From a virus (taxonomy: Duplodnaviria; Caudoviricetes): a stretch of DNA of 64,000 bases. The DNA is taken from the IMG/VR virus record IMGVR_UViG_3300020577_014021. One strand, written 5' to 3'. This document shows positions 27,339 to 36,434 of this stretch, in pieces (position 1 is the stretch's first letter; every line of letters begins with the position of its first letter). The translations under genes and the position numbers were made by a program. The notes under the pieces were generated by a model. The model was not told where the DNA came from. It searched no databases and saw only the letters and a list, made by a program, of their open reading frames with translations.

Positions 27339-27548
27339 TTATCGTTTAGTTTCAAAATATTTATCTTCAGGAATCCAATGATCATTTACTTTAATAGTAC
27401 AATTATCAAAAAAACCGTATTCTGATTCAAGTCCACTACGTGACCATTTTAAATAACAACCACATCTTTTAAACCAATAACTACAAAAAAATGCAACACA
27501 AATACTAAATATTATAAACCAAAAATCTACTTGCATTCTATAACGCAT
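27339..27548 (-). CDS. Small membrane protein
   Basis: N-terminal hydrophobic helix. Confidence 0.6.
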   Translation of the reverse strand: MRYRMQVDFWFIIFSICVAFFCSYWFKRCGCYLKWSRSGLESEYGFFDNCTIKVNDHWIPEDKYFETKR

Positions 27549-27550
27549 AT

Positions 27551-29662
27551 TTATCCTTGAACAGAAATATTGTTGATTTTAATAATTTTGTCTAAATCAA
27601 CATTTTTGGCAAAATCTAAATAAGATTCTTCTGCAGAATCATATTTAAAAGGTAAATATAACTGCTTACTTTTTTTAGTATACCCCACCCCACTACAAAA
27701 TTCTCTTACGTTTTCTACCATTGAATCATGTAAAGCACAAGAATGACTTGGCAAATATGATAATTTCTTAAACATCACATCAGGAGTTAAAACATTATAA
27801 TTTTCGTAAAAACTCCACCCACTTTCACCATTCATTAACAATGCATCTTGAATAGCTTTTTTATCAGGTGTTGTAAAATGTGCATCTAACGTAATACAGG
27901 GCTTTAAATGACGCTTCACCACTGCATGATCCCATAACCAAATTTGATAACCTTTTAAAATATCACCATCTGGTGCCCAAGGAGTACAATTATGAGCTAT
28001 CAAGCCACTTTTATTATCATGCTTATTATAACTAACAATAAAATTATGATTATCTTTTACTTCAATGTCATAAAGTTTTTTATTATTAAATATTTTTTCA
28101 ATACCAATCACTAAAAATTCTCTAGCTTCGTCACTGGAAATTTTCCACCCATATTTCTCTTGTTTACAAACATCCGGATGTAATTTGTATCTCAAATCCT
28201 CATGAATATATGGAAACAATTGGTTACAAAAATCTAAAAAACCACGAGAATTTAACTTTATATAATAAAAATTTTTTTGTTTATATAACGAACATTTTAC
28301 ACCCATTAAATGTAATTTTTCCAAAAGAAGCAAATTCTCTTCTTTTGTGAAACTATGGGTACACAAAATTCCACTATAATAAAAAGAATTCTTATACCTA
28401 ACTTTTCTTAAGCACCCATCATCCATATACCATATCGCCAACGCTTGCCAATCAATTTTTTTAATAATATTTTTATTAATACGCTTAGGACAAGTAAAAC
28501 CCAAAGAATTAAACATTCTTTTACTACAAAAACCGTAATAATTACCTATACCAAAAGATTTATCAGACTGTTTTCTTTTAAAAAAAGAACAATCTTTAAA
28601 CATTGTTGATTTCCAATATGCATATTTTTTCTGGTTTTCGCCATGACTAACTCTTAAAGAATATTTAAAATTATCTCTAGATATCGTTACACTTCCATCT
28701 CCCAAATAAGAACCAATTAATATTTGTTCTTGATCATATGACAATCTTTCAACACTTCCTCGCAATTTTCCATTTGAAAAACCCAATATTCTGTCATAAA
28801 CACAAATTTCATCTGCTCTTTTCCACCCATCCACAGTTAAAAATCGATGTTTTTTTGTAGATATAATTGTATTATTAGTAAAAATTAATTTAATCAATTC
28901 ATCCTGCGGATCTTTAATTTGTACACTGGTTACATCTTTATATTGAAAAATTTTTAAACGTTCATTGTAAGACAAAACTTGAATTTTTTCACCTTTTTTA
29001 AATTTTTCTACAATTTTACCAATTGGGATCCATCCTTGCATAGATAAAACTTTAGTACTATATAAAAAACATTCGTTTTTTTCAAATTTTTGAGTTTTAT
29101 AATCATAATTATGAGTTACTAGCTGTGGCACAAATTCAGCAAACATACGATGTTTACCAAAAATAGCAATCAAATGATCTAAATTCTTGATTGCCAAATC
29201 TTCTCTATCCTTAAGTAAACATCTGGCTATAGTGCCAACCAAACAACCAGAACCAATAAACAACCCTTCATTGTATTCTTCTAATAAATCCCAAGTAATT
29301 TGGTTCTTTTTCTTTCCAAATTTAGCCTTAGACAAATTATCCCAAGATTTATGATAAAGTGTTAAAAGATTTCTATAGCCTTCATCATTTTTGGCCAAAA
29401 CAGTTAAGTGCCCATAACTATCTAAATCAGGCATCAAATTAACATAAAACTCACATCCAAAAATTGGCTGCAACGATGTATTTTCACAAGCACGTGCCAA
29501 TTCCATGAACCCACTAATATGTCCATGATCAGTGATAGCCAAATATTCAAATCCACGCTGAATAGCATACTGCACATGTTCAGTAGGTGATGATGCACCA
29601 TCAAGCATGGAATAAGTTGAATGATTATGTAAAGATGCAATTAAATCTTTATATTGGGTCAT
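27551..29662 (-). CDS. dnaE: DNA polymerase III alpha, stand-alone N-terminal PHP domain, with intein
   Basis: LHNHSTYSMLDG, AITDHG, PIFGCEFY, HLTVLAKNDEGYRNL, SGCL, DAH; ends before the palm domain. Confidence 0.9.
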   Translation of the reverse strand: MTQYKDLIASLHNHSTYSMLDGASSPTEHVQYAIQRGFEYLAITDHGHISGFMELARACENTSLQPIFGCEFYVNLMPDLDSYGHLTVLAKNDEGYRNLLTLYHKSWDNLSKAKFGKKKNQITWDLLEEYNEGLFIGSGCLVGTIARCLLKDREDLAIKNLDHLIAIFGKHRMFAEFVPQLVTHNYDYKTQKFEKNECFLYSTKVLSMQGWIPIGKIVEKFKKGEKIQVLSYNERLKIFQYKDVTSVQIKDPQDELIKLIFTNNTIISTKKHRFLTVDGWKRADEICVYDRILGFSNGKLRGSVERLSYDQEQILIGSYLGDGSVTISRDNFKYSLRVSHGENQKKYAYWKSTMFKDCSFFKRKQSDKSFGIGNYYGFCSKRMFNSLGFTCPKRINKNIIKKIDWQALAIWYMDDGCLRKVRYKNSFYYSGILCTHSFTKEENLLLLEKLHLMGVKCSLYKQKNFYYIKLNSRGFLDFCNQLFPYIHEDLRYKLHPDVCKQEKYGWKISSDEAREFLVIGIEKIFNNKKLYDIEVKDNHNFIVSYNKHDNKSGLIAHNCTPWAPDGDILKGYQIWLWDHAVVKRHLKPCITLDAHFTTPDKKAIQDALLMNGESGWSFYENYNVLTPDVMFKKLSYLPSHSCALHDSMVENVREFCSGVGYTKKSKQLYLPFKYDSAEESYLDFAKNVDLDKIIKINNISVQG
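27989..29071 (-). mobile_element. Intein (361 aa) with LAGLIDADG homing endonuclease in the PHP gene
   Basis: C1 CFLYST, STKKHRF, ILIGSYLGDG and LAIWYMDDG motifs, LYDIEVKDNHNF, ends IAHN, +1 Cys. Confidence 0.92.
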
Positions 29663-29671
29663 GATTTTTTA

Positions 29672-29944
29672 TTACTTTTTAATTTTAGGGATATTTACAA
29701 TCTTAACATTTTTATTTTCAATATTATCAAAGCGTGAATTATCTGCATTTAGTAAATCAAAAGGTGAAATTTCATCTGGCAAACCATGACCATAACCAAA
29801 ATATTGTTTTAATTTAAGTTTATTTTCAATCCTTGGAATAGGACCATCTTCCAAATGATTACAAACAGGACATTTTTTTCCAGGTATTGCCATTGCCCTA
29901 TCACATCTGCACCAGTATTTAGTTCTTCTATACCGATCTTTCAT
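29672..29944 (-). CDS. Hypothetical zinc-ribbon protein
   Basis: WCRCD...KCPVC. Confidence 0.65.
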   Translation of the reverse strand: MKDRYRRTKYWCRCDRAMAIPGKKCPVCNHLEDGPIPRIENKLKLKQYFGYGHGLPDEISPFDLLNADNSRFDNIENKNVKIVNIPKIKK

Positions 29945-29960
29945 AAATAAAAAAAATCAA

Positions 29961-30296
29961 TTAATCCCAATCAATTTCATTTTCTGATTCTTTATTTAAA
30001 GCAATCATTTCTTCCTCAGTCCATGGTTCACTTAACCAAGGATCTGGAGGAAGTGATTCTTGAAATTTAAGAAACTCTTCATATGAAGCATCATCAAACA
30101 TTTGTTTAGGATTAAATTCTATCCATTCACATCCTGCCCATGGTTCATCAGCAGGTGCTGAAAAAGTAGTATCGTAATTTACAAATATACCATGTTCTTT
30201 CCAATACTTTAAATATCGATAATCATTACCAGATTTTACAATAAATCTAACCAAATACCAATGACCATCTTCTAATTTATGTCTAATCATTTTCAA
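29961..30296 (-). CDS. Hypothetical protein
   Basis: GAGGA RBS before TTG start. Confidence 0.65.
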   Translation of the reverse strand: MKMIRHKLEDGHWYLVRFIVKSGNDYRYLKYWKEHGIFVNYDTTFSAPADEPWAGCEWIEFNPKQMFDDASYEEFLKFQESLPPDPWLSEPWTEEEMIALNKESENEIDWD

Positions 30297-30306
30297 TTTC
30301 CTCTAA

Positions 30307-30502
30307 TGCTGCCGTCAGGATTCGAACCTGATTGATTAACGATAGGCGTGAACCGACGCCTTGTTTTATATATCCCTTACTGTGACAATTCACGACCTGA
30401 TGTTTCCACTCGTCAGTTTACTTTTCAGTAAGGATTTCCCCAGCGGCACCCAAGGGATAACTCGTTAATCTGATTACCGTGTTCCCACCACGACGCGGCA
30501 GC
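30307..30502 (-). ncRNA. tRNA-like RNA 2 (196 nt), homologue of RNA 1
   Basis: Acceptor GCTGCCG/CGGCAGC+A; D-like arm TCGTG-GTGGGAA-CACGG; GATTAACGA/TCGTTAATC closing a multi-stem insert; T arm TCAGG-TTCGAAT-CCTGA. Confidence 0.82.
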
Positions 30503-30516
30503 ATAAACATGAATAA

Positions 30517-30747
30517 TTAATCATCAAAATCATCAAATGCAAAATACAAACCCCTGACAACTCTATCCATAACCATATCTAAATCAATACGTGTCCAATT
30601 TTGCCATTTTTCTTTTTTATCCCATAACGCTTGATTTTTACGTGGATGTTTTAAAGACTTACCTTGTTTTGTTTTGCCATATGTAAAATCTTCAGTTAAA
30701 CACTTAAGAATTTTCTTTTTGCACAATTGAAGTTCTTTTTTGGTCAT
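30517..30747 (-). CDS. Hypothetical protein
   Basis: 76-aa ORF. Confidence 0.65.
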   Translation of the reverse strand: MTKKELQLCKKKILKCLTEDFTYGKTKQGKSLKHPRKNQALWDKKEKWQNWTRIDLDMVMDRVVRGLYFAFDDFDD

Positions 30748-30770
30748 ATTAATTTTACTTAATTGGCAAA

Positions 30771-31442
30771 TTAAAATTCACTGTTCAGTAAATAAGGTTT
30801 AACTTCTAAAAAACCCAATGCGTCAGAAACAATGGGCATCTCTTGAATAAAAATCTTTTTACATTCCTCAGCAATCAATCGATGTTCTTTCTGAGTATCT
30901 TCTTTTGTTCTTAATTGAATATAATGAATCCAACTACGAATATTCCCAGCCATATACAAACGAGTTTTTGTACAAAGAGGCAAAATCATACGCGCACATT
31001 CTTTAGCAACGCTAGCTTCAATTAAAGAATTATATGCATCTTTTATGGTGTGTAATATCTCTTCTATTCTATTTTTAGACGATGTAATAGAAAAACCAGG
31101 CACGACGGGGTTAAAAACTTCTGCACTGCTCTGCCGATTTTTGTCTGCTTTCTTCCGCAATTCAACTTCTTCAAACTCTGTTACAACGCTATAGCGTTGG
31201 CTAAACTCTTGAAAAGAAAACGATCGGTGCCGCAAGATTTGCGCTGCTATAGCTCTAGATGTTTCAATTTCTAAAACCATATGACCCATCTCAAAAGGCG
31301 ACCAATGTTCATGGTTAATTAAATACTGAAGCAATTTAGGAGCTGTATCAAAATTGTCTTGATTCTTAGGATTACTTACTCTTGCACAATAACTAATAAG
31401 CTCTTCAACCTTAGATGTTATAGACACTAATTTAACCTGCAT
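30771..31442 (-). CDS. thyX: Flavin-dependent thymidylate synthase
   Basis: HWSPFEM, AQILRHRSFSFQEFSQRY, KECARMILP, TQKEH. Confidence 0.96.
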   Translation of the reverse strand: MQVKLVSITSKVEELISYCARVSNPKNQDNFDTAPKLLQYLINHEHWSPFEMGHMVLEIETSRAIAAQILRHRSFSFQEFSQRYSVVTEFEEVELRKKADKNRQSSAEVFNPVVPGFSITSSKNRIEEILHTIKDAYNSLIEASVAKECARMILPLCTKTRLYMAGNIRSWIHYIQLRTKEDTQKEHRLIAEECKKIFIQEMPIVSDALGFLEVKPYLLNSEF

Positions 31443-32793
31443 TCACAACCTCAGCTTGCTCATCTTCAATATTTTGTACAGCTTCGTCATTATTCATATT
31501 GCTTTCATGCAATAAAAATTGTTTTGATTTAATCTTAAAAATATTAGGCCTTGGATAAAAATCTCTTCTAATACAAAAACCTTCTTCAACCACTGAATTA
31601 TCTAAAATAGATGGTTTTTCCAATAAATGATTATAAAAAATCTCAGTTAAATATTCAGTTTTTGTAGATTCATCAACAACACTATTTTTTAACTCATTTG
31701 ATATACACGTGTTTGTAAGACAATATCCTATAAAATCACGCAACGTACCTTTAAAAAATTCAGGACATACATTAACACCTAACTGTTCTGCTCTTTTCTT
31801 CATATGCTCATAAGGCAAATCAATTTCAATGCCTTGTGGATTAATATTGCTAATTCTATATACATAAACCATAGGCTTATTAAAACCATAAGTATAATTA
31901 TGCTGAATGCTTTCTCCGCTGTAACTTTTACCTACGATCTCACAATAAACAGCCTCCCCCTGAAAAAGCTTACCTTCAAAATACTCTTTGCCTACCATGG
32001 TCCAAATATCACCTGAACTATAAAAATCATTTTTATTACTCAGTCTTTCAAAACCGACTGATTTATAAACACGCCTACTAGCACAAATTTGTGCATATTC
32101 TTCAGTTTGTACCTTAATACCTAAGCATTTAGCAATTCTTTCAAAAACAGACAATTTACGCTTCACTAAAGTATTAAAATAACGCGCGGATGTACCATGT
32201 AATTTATATGTTACAAAAATTGTATCATCTAAACTCATTTTATCTACATATTTTAACAAATGTTCTGTATCAAAATGTTCCGGGGCCAATTTAAGATCAA
32301 CCATTTCATCAATCAATTTCTGCTTCTTGTTTTCCTCGTGTGTTCTAAGATTTCTTTTCTTTTTAAGATACTTATGACAAATCGGTTGCCCATTAATTAA
32401 ATTAAATTCTTGACCACACTCAAAATTAGAAACATCCAAACCCAAATATGACAATGCTTCAATTCCTATAACAAAACCACTGCTAATGACCCCCTTAAAT
32501 TTAAGGGCTTTAACTCGCTTATTATCTTCAAAAAAACCTTTTTTAGCCTTATCTAAGTTTAGATCATTGTGTCTATATAAATTATTATTAGATAAAAATT
32601 CATGTGAAAGAACAGATTCAACAGGAAAAAACAAATACAAAGAATGTTCATCAGCATCTTTACTAATAAGACAAGAATTACCTTGTACATTTACTTCAAC
32701 TAAATTATCTAAACCTTTAACCATCAACTTATTGGGTAATTTAATAACTTGACAAGCATAATTTTTACTATCTTCTAATATTTCTAATTTCAT
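31432..32793 (-). CDS. ATP-dependent RNA ligase (Rnl2/DRB0094-like)
   Basis: N-terminal OB-like domain (KFKGVISSG), motif I YKLHGTS, VYCEIVG, EEGFCIR, FKIKS. Confidence 0.8.
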   Translation of the reverse strand: MKLEILEDSKNYACQVIKLPNKLMVKGLDNLVEVNVQGNSCLISKDADEHSLYLFFPVESVLSHEFLSNNNLYRHNDLNLDKAKKGFFEDNKRVKALKFKGVISSGFVIGIEALSYLGLDVSNFECGQEFNLINGQPICHKYLKKKRNLRTHEENKKQKLIDEMVDLKLAPEHFDTEHLLKYVDKMSLDDTIFVTYKLHGTSARYFNTLVKRKLSVFERIAKCLGIKVQTEEYAQICASRRVYKSVGFERLSNKNDFYSSGDIWTMVGKEYFEGKLFQGEAVYCEIVGKSYSGESIQHNYTYGFNKPMVYVYRISNINPQGIEIDLPYEHMKKRAEQLGVNVCPEFFKGTLRDFIGYCLTNTCISNELKNSVVDESTKTEYLTEIFYNHLLEKPSILDNSVVEEGFCIRRDFYPRPNIFKIKSKQFLLHESNMNNDEAVQNIEDEQAEVVNAG

Positions 32794-33089
32794 ATTTTAA
32801 CCTTTTTTAAAATAAAAATAAATTTACCACCGCGGTGGCTAGATTGCCATAATTGATGCCAAACTATAAAATTTTTTGAAAAAGCATCAATTAATTCTTC
32901 GTTTCCTGACCATCCACCAGTAATAAAAACATATTGATATTCATCATCAGAAATTTTTCTTATATCTACTTTTCCATAATCATCATTCCATTCATCAACA
33001 ACAAAATCTAACAAATTTGCTAAATCACTATTCCAATTTTTTATTTTTTCTAAAATTTCATCAGAAGGATATTCATCATTCATAATCAA
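32790..33089 (-). CDS. Hypothetical phage protein
   Basis: ITGGWSGNEELI...WQSSHRGG. Confidence 0.75.
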   Translation of the reverse strand: MIMNDEYPSDEILEKIKNWNSDLANLLDFVVDEWNDDYGKVDIRKISDDEYQYVFITGGWSGNEELIDAFSKNFIVWHQLWQSSHRGGKFIFILKKVKI

Positions 33090-36000
33090 TTACATTTAGT
33101 CCAACCACAATTTTTACAAATTACACAACCATCACCACGTTCTAACGAAGAAGATTGACAAGAAGCACAAGTTTCTCCATGTACCTTTGTACCATCCTTT
33201 ATATACTTTTTCAAGGTTCTTGAAATAACTTTGGCAAAAGCACTCATATCACCCTTGGTTTTTTCAAGTTGATGAACAACAAAAGAAATATCTGCCCCAT
33301 GACGCAAAGAAGTAGAAATCATTCTCGTTAATGCTTCAGCATTATCATCACTATGACCATTATTTAATACATATTTTTTATCATTATTAATATCAACCAA
33401 CTCATACAATCCACGTTTTATTTTTTTAATAAAAAGATTATCACCCAAATCATCAGGTAAAATTCTAATAACTTCTTCTCTATTATCCCCCGTAAATGGT
33501 GCCCATTCCAAATTTTTTCCAGTAAAAACTTCATAAGGTTCATTGTTTAATAAACCAATCACTACATAATATGATTCACCTTTAGTTTTTACAAAATAAG
33601 CATCTGCCTTTAATTCATTAGGCCGTTTAGGGGCATCATTTTTAATAATACTTTCTTTTTTAACCTCAGGTTTATCAATTAAAACACCGGCACGACAATT
33701 TTTACGATAAACCGTAATTCCTTTTACGCCAGCTTTCCAAGCAGTCGTATAAATTTCAGCTACTTTATCTTCAGTTACATCTTCAGGCAAATTAATCGTC
33801 GATGAAATAGCATGATCAAGGTGACACTGCATAGCAGCTTGCAATCTAACACGATTTTTCCAATCAATTTCATCAGCTGTACACTTATACCAAGGAGACT
33901 TAGTTAAATCAGTTTCACCTGTTACTTGCATCCATTCCCTGATCTTTGGATGATAAACTTCAAAATGTTGCCATTTTTGACCCAATTCATCCACAAAATC
34001 TACTTTCACATTTTCATCACTCAAATTAATTTTTTTACGACGTGTATAGCTCATCATAAACAACGGTTCAATGCCTGATGTTGTTTGAGTCAAAATACTA
34101 ACACTACCCGTAGGAGCAATTGTTAAATGACCGATATTTCGGCGACCATATTTAGACATATCCTCATACAATTGATGGTCTTCTTTTTGAATAGGCAATA
34201 AAAATTCAGAATCTTTTTCCTTATTCCAATCCCAAACAGGAAATGGGCCAATTTCTTTTGCCATATCTACAGAACCACGTAAAACCCCCAATTTTTGCGT
34301 TTTAGCAATTTTTTCTGCTAATTGAATACTCTCTTCACTAGCATAAGGAATATTTAAAGCTGCAAATACATCGCCTAATGCTGTAATGCCACAACCCGTA
34401 CGGCGTCCATCTATACACTTAACTCTTATTTTTTCCCAAAGTTTCAATTCACGTTGTTTAATTTCTTCTGATTCAGGATCAGATTTAATTTTACCAATAA
34501 TCAAATCAATTTTTTCAAGCTCTAAATCAATCACATCATCCATGATTCTTTGCAAAATTTGAGCATGCTTATAAAACAATTCAAAATCAAAAAAAGCATC
34601 CTTTGTAAATGGTTTATTCACATAACCATACAAATTTTGAACCATTAGGCGACAAGAATCATAAGAACAAAGTGGCAATTCTGAGTTGCCCGATATAATA
34701 CCATTTGCAACAAATCTATGATAATTTTCAACCTCTATACATCCAACTTCTTCAATACCAACAGAGTCAATAGAAACAATAAATGTATGAGTTTCTTCTT
34801 TTTTAGCTAAATATCCAGATCTATAATCTGACTCATATTGTTCTCCAGGTTTAAGGTATGGATTCCATATGCGAGGTTCTATGTTGTGCAAATCAACTGC
34901 ATCTCCAATAGATAAATTTTTTAATTCAACTAATTCAAAACCACAATGTAAAAATTCTCTTTCATTTTCTAATTGCAAAAACTGTTTTTTACATTTTTTC
35001 AAATAAACTTTTGCTAATTTATGATTCGCAGTGATATACAATTCTTTTTTATTAGAAAACTTTACCCTAAAAATTTCTGCCATTCCAGCATCAAAATAAC
35101 CACTAGTTTTAGCCCAAATATTTACATCACTAACCCAAACCAAGTCATCTTTAACAATATCTTTTATTTCTTTAATACCATTATTAGTGATAACTAAAAC
35201 ACTTTTAGATTTAGCAAAACAGCAAGGATTTGTACTTGTTGTTTTAAAACCTTTATCAGCATAACAATCAATAGCATTAAAATTAATAATACGATCCCAA
35301 AACAAAATACCAGGTTCTGCCCTTAACCAAGCATTGTGAATAATCGCGTTCCACAATTCCCTTGCTTTAACTTTATTTTTAAACAAAGGATTTTCTGATT
35401 CTACAGGCCATCGTAATTCAAAATCAGCATCTTCATCAACCGCTTTTAAAAATTCATCAGATAAGCGTACCGAAATATTAGCACCCGTAACTTTTTTATT
35501 ATCATTTTTTGCAGTAATAAAATCCATGATTTGAGGATGATAAATAGAAGAAGTCAGCATCAACGCCCCTCTTCTTCCTTCTTGCCCTACCTCATTAATG
35601 GTATTTGAATACCTATCCATATAAGGTAAATAACCAGTTGAATATTTAGAAGAATTACGTGTAGGAAATTTATTAGGCCTAATTGGAGAAATATCTGTGC
35701 CTACTCCACCACGACGTTTACTAATCTGTGCAATTTCTTCATCTGCCCTTAAAATACCACCATAGCTATCTTCTGGTGAATCTATTACATAACAATTGCT
35801 TAATGTACTAAATTTGAATGAATTACCAAGTCCATACATGATACTACCTTGCATAACCAGATATTTAAAATTTTTAAGTAAAGAAAAAATAAAATCTGCC
35901 GAATAAGGTTCTTTAAATTTTATAGATTCAATACGTGCAATTTCATAAGCCTGACGCCAATGCATATCATTGGGACTATTTTCTAAATATTCATTTTTAT

Positions 36001-36118
36001 CATTTTGTAAACAATATTTATCTACAAAAACCTTAGCCGCCAGATCATCACCATTAAAATATTCTTTTGATTTTTGAAGAGAATACTCATACGTACCAGA
36101 TTTCATAGAAACTGTCAT
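33086..36118 (-). CDS. nrdJ: Ribonucleotide reductase, probably class II (B12-dependent), with intein
   Basis: LSNCYV, RRGGVG, GRRGALM, EPGILF, TNPC|SELPL, IAPTGSVS, GIEP, KGITVYR, C-terminal CxxC..CxxC..KC ribbon; no beta subunit in window. Confidence 0.88.
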   Translation of the reverse strand: MTVSMKSGTYEYSLQKSKEYFNGDDLAAKVFVDKYCLQNDKNEYLENSPNDMHWRQAYEIARIESIKFKEPYSADFIFSLLKNFKYLVMQGSIMYGLGNSFKFSTLSNCYVIDSPEDSYGGILRADEEIAQISKRRGGVGTDISPIRPNKFPTRNSSKYSTGYLPYMDRYSNTINEVGQEGRRGALMLTSSIYHPQIMDFITAKNDNKKVTGANISVRLSDEFLKAVDEDADFELRWPVESENPLFKNKVKARELWNAIIHNAWLRAEPGILFWDRIINFNAIDCYADKGFKTTSTNPCCFAKSKSVLVITNNGIKEIKDIVKDDLVWVSDVNIWAKTSGYFDAGMAEIFRVKFSNKKELYITANHKLAKVYLKKCKKQFLQLENEREFLHCGFELVELKNLSIGDAVDLHNIEPRIWNPYLKPGEQYESDYRSGYLAKKEETHTFIVSIDSVGIEEVGCIEVENYHRFVANGIISGNSELPLCSYDSCRLMVQNLYGYVNKPFTKDAFFDFELFYKHAQILQRIMDDVIDLELEKIDLIIGKIKSDPESEEIKQRELKLWEKIRVKCIDGRRTGCGITALGDVFAALNIPYASEESIQLAEKIAKTQKLGVLRGSVDMAKEIGPFPVWDWNKEKDSEFLLPIQKEDHQLYEDMSKYGRRNIGHLTIAPTGSVSILTQTTSGIEPLFMMSYTRRKKINLSDENVKVDFVDELGQKWQHFEVYHPKIREWMQVTGETDLTKSPWYKCTADEIDWKNRVRLQAAMQCHLDHAISSTINLPEDVTEDKVAEIYTTAWKAGVKGITVYRKNCRAGVLIDKPEVKKESIIKNDAPKRPNELKADAYFVKTKGESYYVVIGLLNNEPYEVFTGKNLEWAPFTGDNREEVIRILPDDLGDNLFIKKIKRGLYELVDINNDKKYVLNNGHSDDNAEALTRMISTSLRHGADISFVVHQLEKTKGDMSAFAKVISRTLKKYIKDGTKVHGETCASCQSSSLERGDGCVICKNCGWTKCN
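34685..35221 (-). mobile_element. Mini-intein (179 aa) in RNR
   Basis: Inserted between NPC and SE; C1 CFAKS, ITANHKL, VGCIEV, ends ISGN, +1 Ser. Confidence 0.88.
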
Positions 36119-36137
36119 GTAATAACCCTTATAAAAA

Positions 36138-36431
36138 TTAAATATTAGAGAAAAATATTTGCCAGGAAGGTTCAGACCATTTACATTTTAAAATATTACA
36201 GCAAAAATTTTTCATCAAATCAATTTTCTCAGAGTTAAATTCATATGAATTATTTTTATTATCACAGAAGGTGTCTTTTATAATTAAAAAGAAAGATGAC
36301 TCATCATCAAAGTCACAAGAGATTATGTCTAATTGATTAACCTCTAACTGCTTCTTGAGTTGTACATCATCTATATATGTAAATCTTCCTAAATCAACAC
36401 CATAAAAAAAAGTTGCATTTTTTAATAGCAT
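36138..36431 (-). CDS. Hypothetical protein
   Basis: 97-aa ORF in operon. Confidence 0.65.
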   Translation of the reverse strand: MLLKNATFFYGVDLGRFTYIDDVQLKKQLEVNQLDIISCDFDDESSFFLIIKDTFCDNKNNSYEFNSEKIDLMKNFCCNILKCKWSEPSWQIFFSNI

Positions 36432-36434
36432 ACA

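Noticed and set aside
30390-30420. CTGACGA...GAAAC...GTC in RNA 2 resembling a hammerhead ribozyme core
   Set aside because: Stems I-III cannot be formed around the core nucleotides.
30307-30502. tmRNA, Y RNA or intron-containing tRNA as identity of the tRNA-like RNAs
   Set aside because: No G3-U70 alanine pair, too short and D stem present (not tmRNA); acceptor ends are free rather than permuted and no Ro60 gene is in the window (not YrlA); inserts are too short for group I introns and no removal restores a 7-nt anticodon loop that I could find.
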